In this document: positions 29,698 to 39,026 of the stretch, piece after piece
How the letters are laid out: each line of letters begins with the position of its first letter
Numbering within the stretch: position 1 is the stretch's first letter
Assembly: GCA_002310415.1 (NCBI GenBank)
Contig: DBYN01000006.1
Span: 4,996 to 68,995 of the forward strand
Direction: 5' to 3'
Length of the DNA: 64,000 nucleotides
Source of the DNA: Alphaproteobacteria bacterium UBA1185
Lineage (GTDB): Bacteria > Pseudomonadota > Alphaproteobacteria > Rs-D84
Translations under genes and position numbers: made by a program
Notes under the pieces: generated by a model
Databases searched by the model: none
What the model was told of the DNA's origin: nothing
The model's input: only the letters and a program-made list of their open reading frames with translations

Positions 29698-31281
29698 ATG
29701 TCAGATAAATTAACAAAACTTAAAGAAGCAGCAAAAAAAGCAATCCTTGTTGCTACTGGCGTTGCCACATTATCGTTTGGGGCACAAGGTAAAACCAAAG
29801 AAGACGATAAAAACAAAAATAACCAAGGGAAAAAAGTATCCATCGCACAAATTGATGGTACAAGTAATAATCAAGGAATCCCAAAATTTTTAACAGACCC
29901 CGCCAAAAACAAACCAAAGGACAAAAAATACATAAAGAATCTTGACCCAAGAAATGAAAGACTTATAAACGACACTTGGCCAGAATATTCTGGCATGATT
30001 CCGGGCTTTGAATCATTTTTTGGGTTAACTGACAGCGGAAGACTTAAATACAGTTCCGGAGAAAGCCGTTGCACCATTGGTTATGGAAATACGTATACTT
30101 TTTTACCGGCTGGCAACAATGTGTTTTATCAATATGAATGTCAAGACCACAGTTCCAAAGGACGCCCAGACAGCCCAATGGCACCCGAAATAAAAGCACA
30201 CTATAAAAATAACGATAAAAATTGGTTTATGTATCAAGCAAAATTACACTTGATGCTGGAAACTTTACCAATATTAAGAAATAAACTGGCCAGATATGGA
30301 TTACCTGCGCCTGAAAAACTACCAAAAAATGTGTTGTGGGCATTATTAATCGCGGGATATCAAAGGGATGATTATGATGCTATTTTGCCAAAATTCAAAA
30401 CGGCACAGACAATCCAAGACAAAGCCAATGCTTTTTCATATTTTGGTTCACAAAGAAGACTTTTAAGGGGTTCATGGGACCGTCGTTATTGGTTAGGGCT
30501 TTTGGCTGCTGGCAAAGTAACGATAAAACAATTAAACAGTTTTCCAATTGATGGATTTTCGGAACTTGGTATACAACACTATGTCGTAAACAAATCTGAA
30601 ACGTGGTATAATGGCACTATGGGATGTAAATTCAAAGTTGATGATGAAACAATCAAAAAAAATATCCAAATAGTTAAAAAAGTTAAGGCAGAAACAATCA
30701 CTAACCATATGAAAAACTTTGACCAAAGTCAAAAAACAAAAGTTACAAAGGGCGTAGATAAGACTGCTAAATCAGTGGATATAAGGGCAGGTCAAGTAAA
30801 AGCGATGATGGCGGATGCTCATAAATCTTTGAAAGATAAAAAATATAAAGAAGCAACTAGTAAATACGAAGCGATTATTGCAAAAGATAAAAATAATTCC
30901 GAAGCATATAGCGATTTAACTTTGGCATATATAAAATTGGCAGAAAACAGCAAAACATCCGCAGAAAAAACTAAATATTACGAAGCATCTTGTAAAAATG
31001 CTAGATTGGGTCTTAGATCAAATCCAGATATTAATACAAGCGCATATTTATCTTTTAACGCAGGATTGGCACGCGAAGGTTTGGCAAAACATTATGCTAC
31101 TAATAAAAATTTCAGCAAAGCCGAAGAGCAGTATCACAAAGCCAAAATTAATTACGATAATGCTTTTAAGACTATTCCAAATAAAGTTTATTCAAATGCA
31201 CGCGATAATGCTGAAAGCGAGGCTTACCGTATAAGAAACATGATAAGGCAAATGAACAAGTCGAATCAACGTCGTCGGTAA
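29698..31281 (+). CDS. Hypothetical exported protein with a GH24 lysozyme-like motif and C-terminal TPR-like repeats
   Basis: 527 aa with an N-terminal hydrophobic segment AILVATGVATLSFGAQG. GRLKYSSGESRCTIGYGNT resembles the phage-lysozyme LRLKxYxDxxGxxTIGxGH block. The C-terminus has KYKEATSKYEAIIAKDKNNSEAYSDLTLAYIKL type helical repeats. Confidence 0.45.
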   Translation: MSDKLTKLKEAAKKAILVATGVATLSFGAQGKTKEDDKNKNNQGKKVSIAQIDGTSNNQGIPKFLTDPAKNKPKDKKYIKNLDPRNERLINDTWPEYSGMIPGFESFFGLTDSGRLKYSSGESRCTIGYGNTYTFLPAGNNVFYQYECQDHSSKGRPDSPMAPEIKAHYKNNDKNWFMYQAKLHLMLETLPILRNKLARYGLPAPEKLPKNVLWALLIAGYQRDDYDAILPKFKTAQTIQDKANAFSYFGSQRRLLRGSWDRRYWLGLLAAGKVTIKQLNSFPIDGFSELGIQHYVVNKSETWYNGTMGCKFKVDDETIKKNIQIVKKVKAETITNHMKNFDQSQKTKVTKGVDKTAKSVDIRAGQVKAMMADAHKSLKDKKYKEATSKYEAIIAKDKNNSEAYSDLTLAYIKLAENSKTSAEKTKYYEASCKNARLGLRSNPDINTSAYLSFNAGLAREGLAKHYATNKNFSKAEEQYHKAKINYDNAFKTIPNKVYSNARDNAESEAYRIRNMIRQMNKSNQRRR

Positions 31282-31289
31282 AATACACT

Positions 31290-34200
31290 TTATTTTACCG
31301 ATTCATCGTGAGCGTACCAAGTGCCACCTGAATCAATAATCACCAACTGGTTTGGCGAAATTGACGTTATTGTATGCGCGGTTTGCGATAGCAACATGTG
31401 ATATGTCTGACCGTCCTTGCGTGCAATCAAAGCCTTGGTATTGACACCCGGTAAACCATCAATCAAACACATCGTCGCGCCCATAACCGTCATTTCTGTA
31501 CACTCTGATTGATTCACAGGATAGACTACACATCCATCAGTATTCAAATCATATTCACACCATGTTGAATCATTTGTTTCAAACATCCATAGTGTTGATT
31601 GATTTGGACAATGTGGTTCACCAGAACAGGAAACACATTGAAATGCACCTTCTGCCTTTTGTCCAGTACCACATATTATAAAGTTGTCACCAGGAATACA
31701 TGAAACCTTGCCAGACCAATCGGATTCAAAACCGGTTGTGTATTGAATCAACGGCGCAGTACACGATGTATCAAGATTGGTTCCTTCAAATATATATTCC
31801 ATTGGGTCGTCGCCTGTATCAGGATATGGATTCGGTGCCGTTAAATTTGCAAACAATGTTGGTGGCACATATCCGGACAAATCGGTGTCACCATAAAACA
31901 TACCGTAAAAAATATATTCCCCCAGTGTACCCGTAATATTTGGGAATAAACTGTTTGGTAAATGCGTCAACGACGTACATCCATAAAAAGTAGTCAAAAA
32001 CATATCATTAACCCCTGTTACATCACCCACCCCTGAAAACAAGTTTTCTGGAATCGATTGCAACGATGTACAATTTAAAAATGTATACGAATACATATAA
32101 TCCGCCGCACCGGTTACGTGTTCAAACAAAGTTGCAGGAATTGGGTTAGTTATTTTCGGATCTGCACCCAATTCCGTACATTCCGCAAATGTCCCAGAAA
32201 ACATACCTTCTGCCGCACCGGTTACACCATTGAACAAACCAGCGGGGATAAATGTTATTTGGGTCTCTGCAAAAGTTCCAGCAAACATTTCTGTTGCTGC
32301 GCCAGTTATGCCACTGAACAAAGTTGCAGGAATAGATGTTATTGATGTACCTGCAAAAGTTCCAGCAAACATTTCTGCTGCTGCGCCAGTTATACCACTG
32401 AACAAAGTGGAGTGAATAGATGCTATCGGTGTATAAGCAAATGTATTATAGAACATTTGCGATGTTGCACCAGTTACATCGTCAAACAAATCTGCAGAAA
32501 TTGATTCCAACGATGTACAATCGGAAAATGCATTCTTAAATTTTGGTTGTGCAATTATTTGATCATTCGAATTACGTATTGTTGGAAATACATGTCCCAA
32601 AGACCCACGCAATGCCGCAACAAACTCTCTTCCGTTGTCATAATTAATATATAATACACCATCTTCTTCGGAATAATCAGTGGCGGTTCCACCAATACTG
32701 ATAGTATATGATTTTTGGGTTTCGTACGTATGTGTTATTGGCAGAAAAGAATCCGTATCTGACTTGTTTATAACTTCTGTTGGACTGTCGTCACCCCAAT
32801 CTATGAAAAATCTTCCAGCCGCAGATATATATAAAGTAAATTCGCCAACAGTATCCTTTGTTGTATCAATAAAGAATTCGTATGAGGTTCTCCATGTGGC
32901 GTATAAATCTATGTCTGTTATTGAACCAACTGGAATTTCTGTTACAAGATCGCCAGCCGGACATTCAACATCATCACCAGATATTACCGATGAACACCAA
33001 CCCATAAACGTATATCTATCACGTGATAATCCGCTTAATTCCATTGGCAACAAAGATGCCGTATAAGATATCGGATTATTGTTTGTTGCGCCCGATAAAT
33101 TATGATAGTTAATTGAATGTGTCCATGTTGTATAACACGCATTCTCGTAATGTTCCAAATTAGACGGATTATATATATCTTGTTGATATCGTTCAAGATG
33201 TTGATAAAAATATTCATCCCAATCAATATTATTTAAATTGTTTTGATCTATATTCTTTGCCGTCAATTCAACAGGAAAAACATCTGCTGAATAAGTATTA
33301 TACTCAGCATTTATTATGGTAACCGCATCATTACCAACACAATCCCTTATTACACTGGAACAATCTGTATAGTGATGCCATTGAGTATCATGATATGTTT
33401 CCGCATTATATCTGCAAGTCATATAAGATACCCCGATTTTTGAATAATCGCATGGCGTGCCAAAATAATAATCATAATCATCACCAAACCATTCACGCAA
33501 TGTTGCTTCTGATTCATCACCATAAACTAATTGCATATAACATCGATTATATTCTTCTTCATCCTCTATATCCCAATACATACTGATACACTCGGTTATA
33601 CTTTCCTGTCCATCACCATTTAAATCAAACCATGCCGAACCAAAATGCCCCGTATTTTCCCCAGTAACCGGACAAATAGAACATTTATTTACAGATGATG
33701 CACCAGAATCACTGTACGGTCTGTTTGGATTATTTTCAGCGCAAGATACAATACCCGCAGCCATTTGTGTTTTATTATTAACTTGCTTTTCTGTTATATC
33801 ATCATAAGAATATGTTCTGGAATTTCCGTTATCACCCGGGCAATAGTAATTTTTCTCACAATATGAACAATACAACATGTTGGTTGCAGTTTCCATTCTT
33901 GCATAATAACCTGCATCACATGTTGCCGTCCATGTTGCATACAACCAGTTTTTACCGGCATCCTGACGCGATAAAGAAAAAATCGGATTGTTACATTTTG
34001 CTGCCTCTATCGGGTCCGGCTGTTCAGAATCATATGCACACCAACCCCGAAAAGTGACACCATACCCGGAAGCCTGTAGCGAATCCAACACTATACTATT
34101 TGCAGAAACAACCCTTACACTAAAATCGGCATTAACATCATCTGTCGAAAATTTGTATTTATATTTATCGTTTGTATACCAATAATATTGCGTTATATAC

Positions 34201-34691
34201 GAAGCAATAAAGCGTCCGCCATTCAAATTATAATGCAACGTGTTTATCGGAACATATTTTGCATAAACCCATTTATCGCCCGCATCAGAAACCGTCAAAT
34301 CAAAAACTGGATTTGGGCAATTGGTGTCATTAGTCGCAATGTCAACGTCAGCTTGTTCAGAATTATATACACACCAACCAACCCAACCAAAAGAATCCTT
34401 GTTGTTCGCCGTCCCCAAGCCCATGCGACACATGTACGGTTGATTAACAGTTACATAATCAGACCAAGTTAAATCATTTGTTGTATCATCATAATATTGA
34501 TATCTGTAAACATACTTGCAATAATTATCCCAATAATACTCTTGTTTTTTGTCCGCCGGGTTGGACATTTCCCCACCATTAAGATTGTAATGAATCGTAT
34601 ATGTATCAGTTGGGTACGTTATACCAAATACAGACAAAGGCAACACAACAAAAACGATAAAAAACAACATTTGTTGCATAAATTTTTTCAT
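31290..34691 (-). CDS. Giant surface protein: Listeria-Bacteroides (Flg_new) repeats, Cys-rich regions and BspA/DUF285-type leucine-rich repeats
   Basis: 1133 aa, signal peptide MKKFMQQMLFFIVFVVLPLSVFG. Three modules: YTIHYNLNGG...WVYAKY, LHYNLNGG...TFRGWCAY...WLYATW, INYHNLSG...YTFMGWCSS...LYATW. DWGDDSPTEV...THTYE block. Then eight or more ~28-aa repeats such as ITSIPATLFSGITGAATEMFAGTFAETQ. Confidence 0.7.
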   Translation of the reverse strand: MKKFMQQMLFFIVFVVLPLSVFGITYPTDTYTIHYNLNGGEMSNPADKKQEYYWDNYCKYVYRYQYYDDTTNDLTWSDYVTVNQPYMCRMGLGTANNKDSFGWVGWCVYNSEQADVDIATNDTNCPNPVFDLTVSDAGDKWVYAKYVPINTLHYNLNGGRFIASYITQYYWYTNDKYKYKFSTDDVNADFSVRVVSANSIVLDSLQASGYGVTFRGWCAYDSEQPDPIEAAKCNNPIFSLSRQDAGKNWLYATWTATCDAGYYARMETATNMLYCSYCEKNYYCPGDNGNSRTYSYDDITEKQVNNKTQMAAGIVSCAENNPNRPYSDSGASSVNKCSICPVTGENTGHFGSAWFDLNGDGQESITECISMYWDIEDEEEYNRCYMQLVYGDESEATLREWFGDDYDYYFGTPCDYSKIGVSYMTCRYNAETYHDTQWHHYTDCSSVIRDCVGNDAVTIINAEYNTYSADVFPVELTAKNIDQNNLNNIDWDEYFYQHLERYQQDIYNPSNLEHYENACYTTWTHSINYHNLSGATNNNPISYTASLLPMELSGLSRDRYTFMGWCSSVISGDDVECPAGDLVTEIPVGSITDIDLYATWRTSYEFFIDTTKDTVGEFTLYISAAGRFFIDWGDDSPTEVINKSDTDSFLPITHTYETQKSYTISIGGTATDYSEEDGVLYINYDNGREFVAALRGSLGHVFPTIRNSNDQIIAQPKFKNAFSDCTSLESISADLFDDVTGATSQMFYNTFAYTPIASIHSTLFSGITGAAAEMFAGTFAGTSITSIPATLFSGITGAATEMFAGTFAETQITFIPAGLFNGVTGAAEGMFSGTFAECTELGADPKITNPIPATLFEHVTGAADYMYSYTFLNCTSLQSIPENLFSGVGDVTGVNDMFLTTFYGCTSLTHLPNSLFPNITGTLGEYIFYGMFYGDTDLSGYVPPTLFANLTAPNPYPDTGDDPMEYIFEGTNLDTSCTAPLIQYTTGFESDWSGKVSCIPGDNFIICGTGQKAEGAFQCVSCSGEPHCPNQSTLWMFETNDSTWCEYDLNTDGCVVYPVNQSECTEMTVMGATMCLIDGLPGVNTKALIARKDGQTYHMLLSQTAHTITSISPNQLVIIDSGGTWYAHDESVK
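31845..32531 (-). repeat. In-frame 84-nt (28-aa) periodic repeats encoding the BspA-type LRR array
   Basis: Adjacent units starting at 32269 and 32353 are near-identical over about 60 nt (GCAAAAGTTCCAGCAAACATTTCTG[T/C]TGCTGCGCCAGTTAT...). Flanking units are progressively more degenerate. Confidence 0.8.
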
Positions 34692-34759
34692 GATTATATC
34701 CTTCCTTTTAACCGTCCAAGGCGCATTTTTCCGGCATTTTTTCCTTTCAACAACATTAT

Positions 34760-34781
34760 AAATTAAAGGTACCTTTAATTT
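34760..34781. promoter_or_regulatory. Perfect palindrome AATTAAAGGTACCTTTAATT upstream of the giant surface-protein gene; candidate operator
   Basis: The 20-nt perfect palindrome at 34761-34780 lies 70-90 nt upstream of the start codon at 34691. The exact 12-nt half-site AATTAAAGGTAC recurs at 34913-34924. Confidence 0.35.
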
Positions 34782-34842
34782 TTACATTCAAAACAAAAAA
34801 TTGTCAATAAAATATAAGTAATAAAAACTGCTGTAATTCAAC

Positions 34843-34962
34843 AAATCTGCGGGGCTCAAAGAATTAATGTCAAAAATCATTAAAAAATATAAAAGTATAA
34901 AAAAATATGTTGAATTAAAGGTACATTAAAACTTTATACTGCCCGTCCAACCCCGCAGATTT
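34843..34962. repeat. 12-bp perfect inverted repeat (AAATCTGCGGGG ... CCCCGCAGATTT) enclosing 96 nt of AT-rich sequence
   Basis: Arms at 34843-34854 and 34951-34962, read directly. Followed by a GC-rich island up to about 35025. Confidence 0.8.
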
Positions 34963-35065
34963 CTGGGATTATTCCTGGCACCAGTTCTCCCCTTGGGGTG
35001 GAGTACGGCGCAGCCGGGAGGGAGGTTATTCTCGTATAATAGAAAAGAAAAAGAAGAATTAGTTT

Positions 35066-35929
35066 TTATAACCCCATTTTTTCTTTCATTTCACAAAGAA
35101 CCGGTGTTTGTAAGTTCAATTTTTCGGCACGATTTATTAAACCGCGCAAAGCAAATATACCCTCCACAGTTCCCGAATATTCTTCACCTTTGGCTATCGA
35201 TATACCCGCTGAAAAATTACGACTTGTTGGCGATGTTGCAGATAAAAACAAATCCCCTACACCACACAGACCATGAAATGTCCCGCAATTTGCGCCCATT
35301 TTTACTGCAATATCAACAATTTCATTCCACGCACGCGTAAATATCAATGCGCGTTCGTTTTCACCACCTGATTTAACAGTTAAAAAACCAGATATCAAAG
35401 ATTCTGCGTTTTTGCCGACACCACAAATCTGTGTGCCAATTATATCATCAGTGTCTTGTAAATAAATTGCAGATAATGCGATATGCCCCCCTGCTCTTAC
35501 TGTTTCGTTACCCGCTAATGTAGAACCTGTCGGAACACCAATCGCAACTTCACGAGCAAATTGAGGACCAGATAATACACCAATATTTTTACATTCTGGT
35601 AATTCTTGTGCCAAAATTTCAGACATAAACATACCACTATTGCTTTCCATACCTTTGGTACAGATTAGAATTGGTTGATTGCTGTATACGCTACGCATTT
35701 TTTGAACTGTTTCACGAAAAAAAGCCGCCGGTGTAACAATTAACCAATATTCACAGTCCGATAAATCAGATACATTTGATGTTCTGGTTATCGAATCTGG
35801 CGGGGTTAAATCTGATAGACCATCAAAAATATTATCAAATCCCCAATGAATTACATCATTACCAGATTTTGCACACACAAACGCCAGCGCAGTTCCCCAA
35901 GCACCTGCACCAAAAACACCTATTTTCAT
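35066..35929 (-). CDS. gpsA: NAD(P)H-dependent glycerol-3-phosphate dehydrogenase
   Basis: MKIGVFGAGAWGTALA Rossmann motif and GLCGVGDLFLSATSPTSRNFSAG signature region. 287 aa, which is short for the family. Confidence 0.85.
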   Translation of the reverse strand: MKIGVFGAGAWGTALAFVCAKSGNDVIHWGFDNIFDGLSDLTPPDSITRTSNVSDLSDCEYWLIVTPAAFFRETVQKMRSVYSNQPILICTKGMESNSGMFMSEILAQELPECKNIGVLSGPQFAREVAIGVPTGSTLAGNETVRAGGHIALSAIYLQDTDDIIGTQICGVGKNAESLISGFLTVKSGGENERALIFTRAWNEIVDIAVKMGANCGTFHGLCGVGDLFLSATSPTSRNFSAGISIAKGEEYSGTVEGIFALRGLINRAEKLNLQTPVLCEMKEKMGL

Positions 35930-37545
35930 TTCAACAGCCTTATTTTCTTTTGAACAAAAGGAACCACAACCAAACCATCATCTGATAAATCAATTGCACG
36001 TAAATAAGATTTTATGGCTTTTTCCTTTTCGCCCTTCTTTACATAAAAATCACCCAAATGTTCATACAAAGATGACGTTGTAACAGAAACTTCGCCAACA
36101 CGTTCTATTAATTCCAATGCTGCATCTACCCCTTCACGTTTATCAACTATGACCCCCAATATATCCCAAGCAGAGACATCAGAAGTATTTCTTTTGACCA
36201 ACATCATAGCATAATCATAAGCATCTTCTAAATTACGGTCTTGTTGTACCCATATACGCGCCTGTAATGCCAATATATCGGGCAAAAGCCTGTCGTCTAT
36301 TTCTTGGATAGATTTTAAATCTTTCTGGGCGCGTTCTGGTCGATTAAACATCAAGTAAACATTTGCACGCTGTTTAAGGAAATAAATACGCCCTGTATCT
36401 GTTAAATCTTTGTGTCGCAAAGCGCGGTTTATTAATCTTAATGCAGAATGCTCTTTGCCATTTTTAATATTATGCGAAACGACATTACCCACAGCAGAAA
36501 TAAACAACGGATTTTTATATGCTATTTTTTCAATATCTTGAAAATTACCGGCCTTTTCTGCAATTTTCATCTGTCCAAACAAATAAAGCGGATTATGTTT
36601 CGATATCTTGTTAAAAGATTTTTCGTAATCACCGTTATTATAAAAATAATATTGTCCCAGGTAATAATTTACTGCATCTGAAATAACATCATTTGAAACA
36701 ACACTGGCAAATCGCAACATTAATAACGATAAATCTGTAAAAATCACAATTTGGGTGTGTGATATAGATTGAATCAAACTGAATGCTAAATTATTTTTAA
36801 AGCCAGAATAATTATCCCAATCTGGAATATCTTTGTAATTCAGTATAAACATACCCGTCGGTTTAGCCAAGAAATCATTACGCAAAATATCCATATCTTC
36901 GGTCATGTTATTTTCTTTGTAAAAAGACATCAGATACAAATAATCGTTTATATTCATAAAATCAGGATGAACATCAGCAAATTCCTTGGCAGCACCATCA
37001 ACATCATTTTGTAAAACAGCCACCTGCCCCCGCATAAACGCTTTCCATGATTTATTTACTTTCAAAGAATCTATAAATGATAATGCTTCTTTACTTTTAC
37101 CCTGATTAACTGAAGATATTATTCGTAATGGTGCAAAAAACAAAGAATTATCTTTTCCGTGTCTTTTGTATATTTCTTTCCAATCATCTTGTTGTACCAA
37201 ATAAGAATCATAAATTAAACGCCGCGTTACATCTTTGTCATTCTTCATAGATTTGACATTTCCTGGTATTTGACCACCAAAGAAATCAACTATGTCCTTT
37301 GCATTATTAACAACTGGCACATCTGCTTTGACATCTTTTATCATCAAAGCAGCAGAATCAAAATCATTGACATACAAAGCATGTTGAGCCGCCAAAAAAT
37401 TCCCAAAATCAGTGTCTGTTACAGACATACTTTGGGTCCTGTTGTTAATATTTAAATTATGCAATACAATACCAACAAAGCAGCAAAGGCAAAAAACCAT
37501 CACCCCGCCAAAAATAATTTTCCAAAAACTTTTATTTTCTTTCAT
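35926..37545 (-). CDS. Membrane-anchored TPR-repeat protein
   Basis: 539 aa. N-terminal TM FWKIIFGGVMVFCLCCFVGIVL. TPR-like helical repeats throughout, e.g. LYEHLGDFYVKKGEKEKAIKSYLRAIDL. Overlaps the gpsA start by 4 nt. Confidence 0.5.
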   Translation of the reverse strand: MKENKSFWKIIFGGVMVFCLCCFVGIVLHNLNINNRTQSMSVTDTDFGNFLAAQHALYVNDFDSAALMIKDVKADVPVVNNAKDIVDFFGGQIPGNVKSMKNDKDVTRRLIYDSYLVQQDDWKEIYKRHGKDNSLFFAPLRIISSVNQGKSKEALSFIDSLKVNKSWKAFMRGQVAVLQNDVDGAAKEFADVHPDFMNINDYLYLMSFYKENNMTEDMDILRNDFLAKPTGMFILNYKDIPDWDNYSGFKNNLAFSLIQSISHTQIVIFTDLSLLMLRFASVVSNDVISDAVNYYLGQYYFYNNGDYEKSFNKISKHNPLYLFGQMKIAEKAGNFQDIEKIAYKNPLFISAVGNVVSHNIKNGKEHSALRLINRALRHKDLTDTGRIYFLKQRANVYLMFNRPERAQKDLKSIQEIDDRLLPDILALQARIWVQQDRNLEDAYDYAMMLVKRNTSDVSAWDILGVIVDKREGVDAALELIERVGEVSVTTSSLYEHLGDFYVKKGEKEKAIKSYLRAIDLSDDGLVVVPFVQKKIRLLK

Positions 37546-37571
37546 AGCAGAATCATGTTAAAATAAATCTT

Positions 37572-38126
37572 ATGAATAATAAAGAAAAATTTATTAAATA
37601 CGAAAAATTATTAAAAAACTGGTCAACACGTATAAACCTTGTTGCACCCAGCACTTTGCTTGATATTTACAATCGGCACATTATGGACAGCGCACAATTG
37701 GCTGATTATATACCCAAAGATGTAAAAATAATCGATTTGGGCAGTGGCGCTGGTTTTCCAGGCGTTGTTCTCGCAATTTTAGGTTGGAACGTTACATGTA
37801 TCGAATCTGTCAGAAAAAAAACTTTATTTCTAGAAACACTGAAACAAGAATTAGATTTACCAAATTTAACAATTATAAACGACAGAATAGAAAATTTTCT
37901 TTCAAAAAGACCGGTAAATACCGGCAATTTTATATTCACCGCACGCGCTTTTGCGCCACTTATTAAAATTTTAGACTATACATTTAAAACAAAATGCCGG
38001 CTTTTTTTATTAAAAGGCCGGCAAATTGAATCAGAAATAAACGAAGCAAAAAAGAAATATAAATTCGATTATAAATTATATCAATCAAAGACTGGCGATG
38101 GATATATCACATACATAAAACCATAA
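37572..38126 (+). CDS. rsmG: 16S rRNA (guanine527-N7)-methyltransferase RsmG (GidB)
   Basis: SAM motif IIDLGSGAGFPGVVLAI. 184 aa. Upstream of parAB, as in alphaproteobacteria. Confidence 0.85.
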   Translation: MNNKEKFIKYEKLLKNWSTRINLVAPSTLLDIYNRHIMDSAQLADYIPKDVKIIDLGSGAGFPGVVLAILGWNVTCIESVRKKTLFLETLKQELDLPNLTIINDRIENFLSKRPVNTGNFIFTARAFAPLIKILDYTFKTKCRLFLLKGRQIESEINEAKKKYKFDYKLYQSKTGDGYITYIKP

Positions 38127-38246
38127 AACACACGACTTATTTCACATGAAACAATAAATAACATATTGTTTTTACGCAATTTAATATTTGTATTGACTAT
38201 TTTTTTGCTATTTAATATGCTTTATTTTGGATTGAAAGGGTAAAAA

Positions 38247-39026
38247 ATGGCGATAGTTATATCATTTGCAAATCAAAAAGGTGGGGTTGGAAAGACAACG
38301 ACTGCCATAAATATTGCAACATCATTAGCAACTATAAAAAAACGTGTTCTGTTAATAGATATCGATTCGCAGGGAAATGCCGGTACAGGCCTTGGTTTTG
38401 TACGAGCATCACATAAACAAAGCGTATACGGCGTATTAATGGGTACTGCATCAATTGCAGAAAACATTTTGACAACTGCTGTTCCAAACATGCATCTTTT
38501 GCCAGCATCCGCAAAATTAGCCGGTGCCGAATTAGATATGCTTGATTTAGAAAATCGTGAATATCGGTTAAGAGATGCTATAAAAACCATAGAAAATAAT
38601 TATGATTATATTTTAATAGATTGCCCCCCTGCCCTTGGTATGTTAACTATTAATGCATTAAGTGCATCAGATTATATTATAATACCGCTACAATGTGAAT
38701 TTTTTGCACTTGAAGGTGTACAACAATTATTATCAACAATTAATGCTATTCAACAAAAATGGAACCCAAAACTTGAAATCTTGGGCATGGTTTTAACTAT
38801 GTATGATAAAAAATTGGGATTAACAAAAGCGGTTGAAGAAGATGTTCGTAACACATTTGGAAATAAAGTTTTCAAAACAGTGGTTCCACGAAATGTTCGT
38901 ATCTCAGAGGCTCCAAGCCATGGAAAACCGGCTTTATTTTACGACTTTAAATCACCTGGAGCCCAGGCATATTTGCGTGTCGCAACCGAAGTTGTTAATG
39001 CATTAGAACAAAGGAATACAAAATGA
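38247..39026 (+). CDS. parA: Chromosome partitioning ATPase ParA
   Basis: Deviant Walker A NQKGGVGKTTTAINIA; IDCPPALG. Confidence 0.9.
   Translation: MAIVISFANQKGGVGKTTTAINIATSLATIKKRVLLIDIDSQGNAGTGLGFVRASHKQSVYGVLMGTASIAENILTTAVPNMHLLPASAKLAGAELDMLDLENREYRLRDAIKTIENNYDYILIDCPPALGMLTINALSASDYIIIPLQCEFFALEGVQQLLSTINAIQQKWNPKLEILGMVLTMYDKKLGLTKAVEEDVRNTFGNKVFKTVVPRNVRISEAPSHGKPALFYDFKSPGAQAYLRVATEVVNALEQRNTK

Noticed and set aside
30652-30660. A-run (8 nt) inside the 29698-31281 coding sequence as a possible phase-variation tract.
   Set aside because: Runs of this length are common throughout this AT-rich window, in core genes and intergenic regions alike. There is no evidence of frameshifted alternative frames.
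34843-34962. A 120-nt segment bounded by a 12-bp inverted repeat could be a MITE.
   Set aside because: There is no target-site duplication at the flanks (CAAC versus CTGG) and no second copy in this window. This cannot be supported without a genome-wide search.
34940-35030. The GC-rich island might be an SRP RNA, tmRNA piece, RNase P RNA or TPP riboswitch. CTGGGATTATTCCTGGCA vaguely resembles the TPP CTGGATAATGCCAGC element.
   Set aside because: I could not find the diagnostic cores on either strand: GGAAGCAGCC helix-8 for SRP, a T-arm plus CCA for tmRNA, GAGGAAAGTCCGG for RNase P, or CTGAGA for TPP. A plus-strand riboswitch would also have no downstream gene. Kept only as an unexplained structured region.
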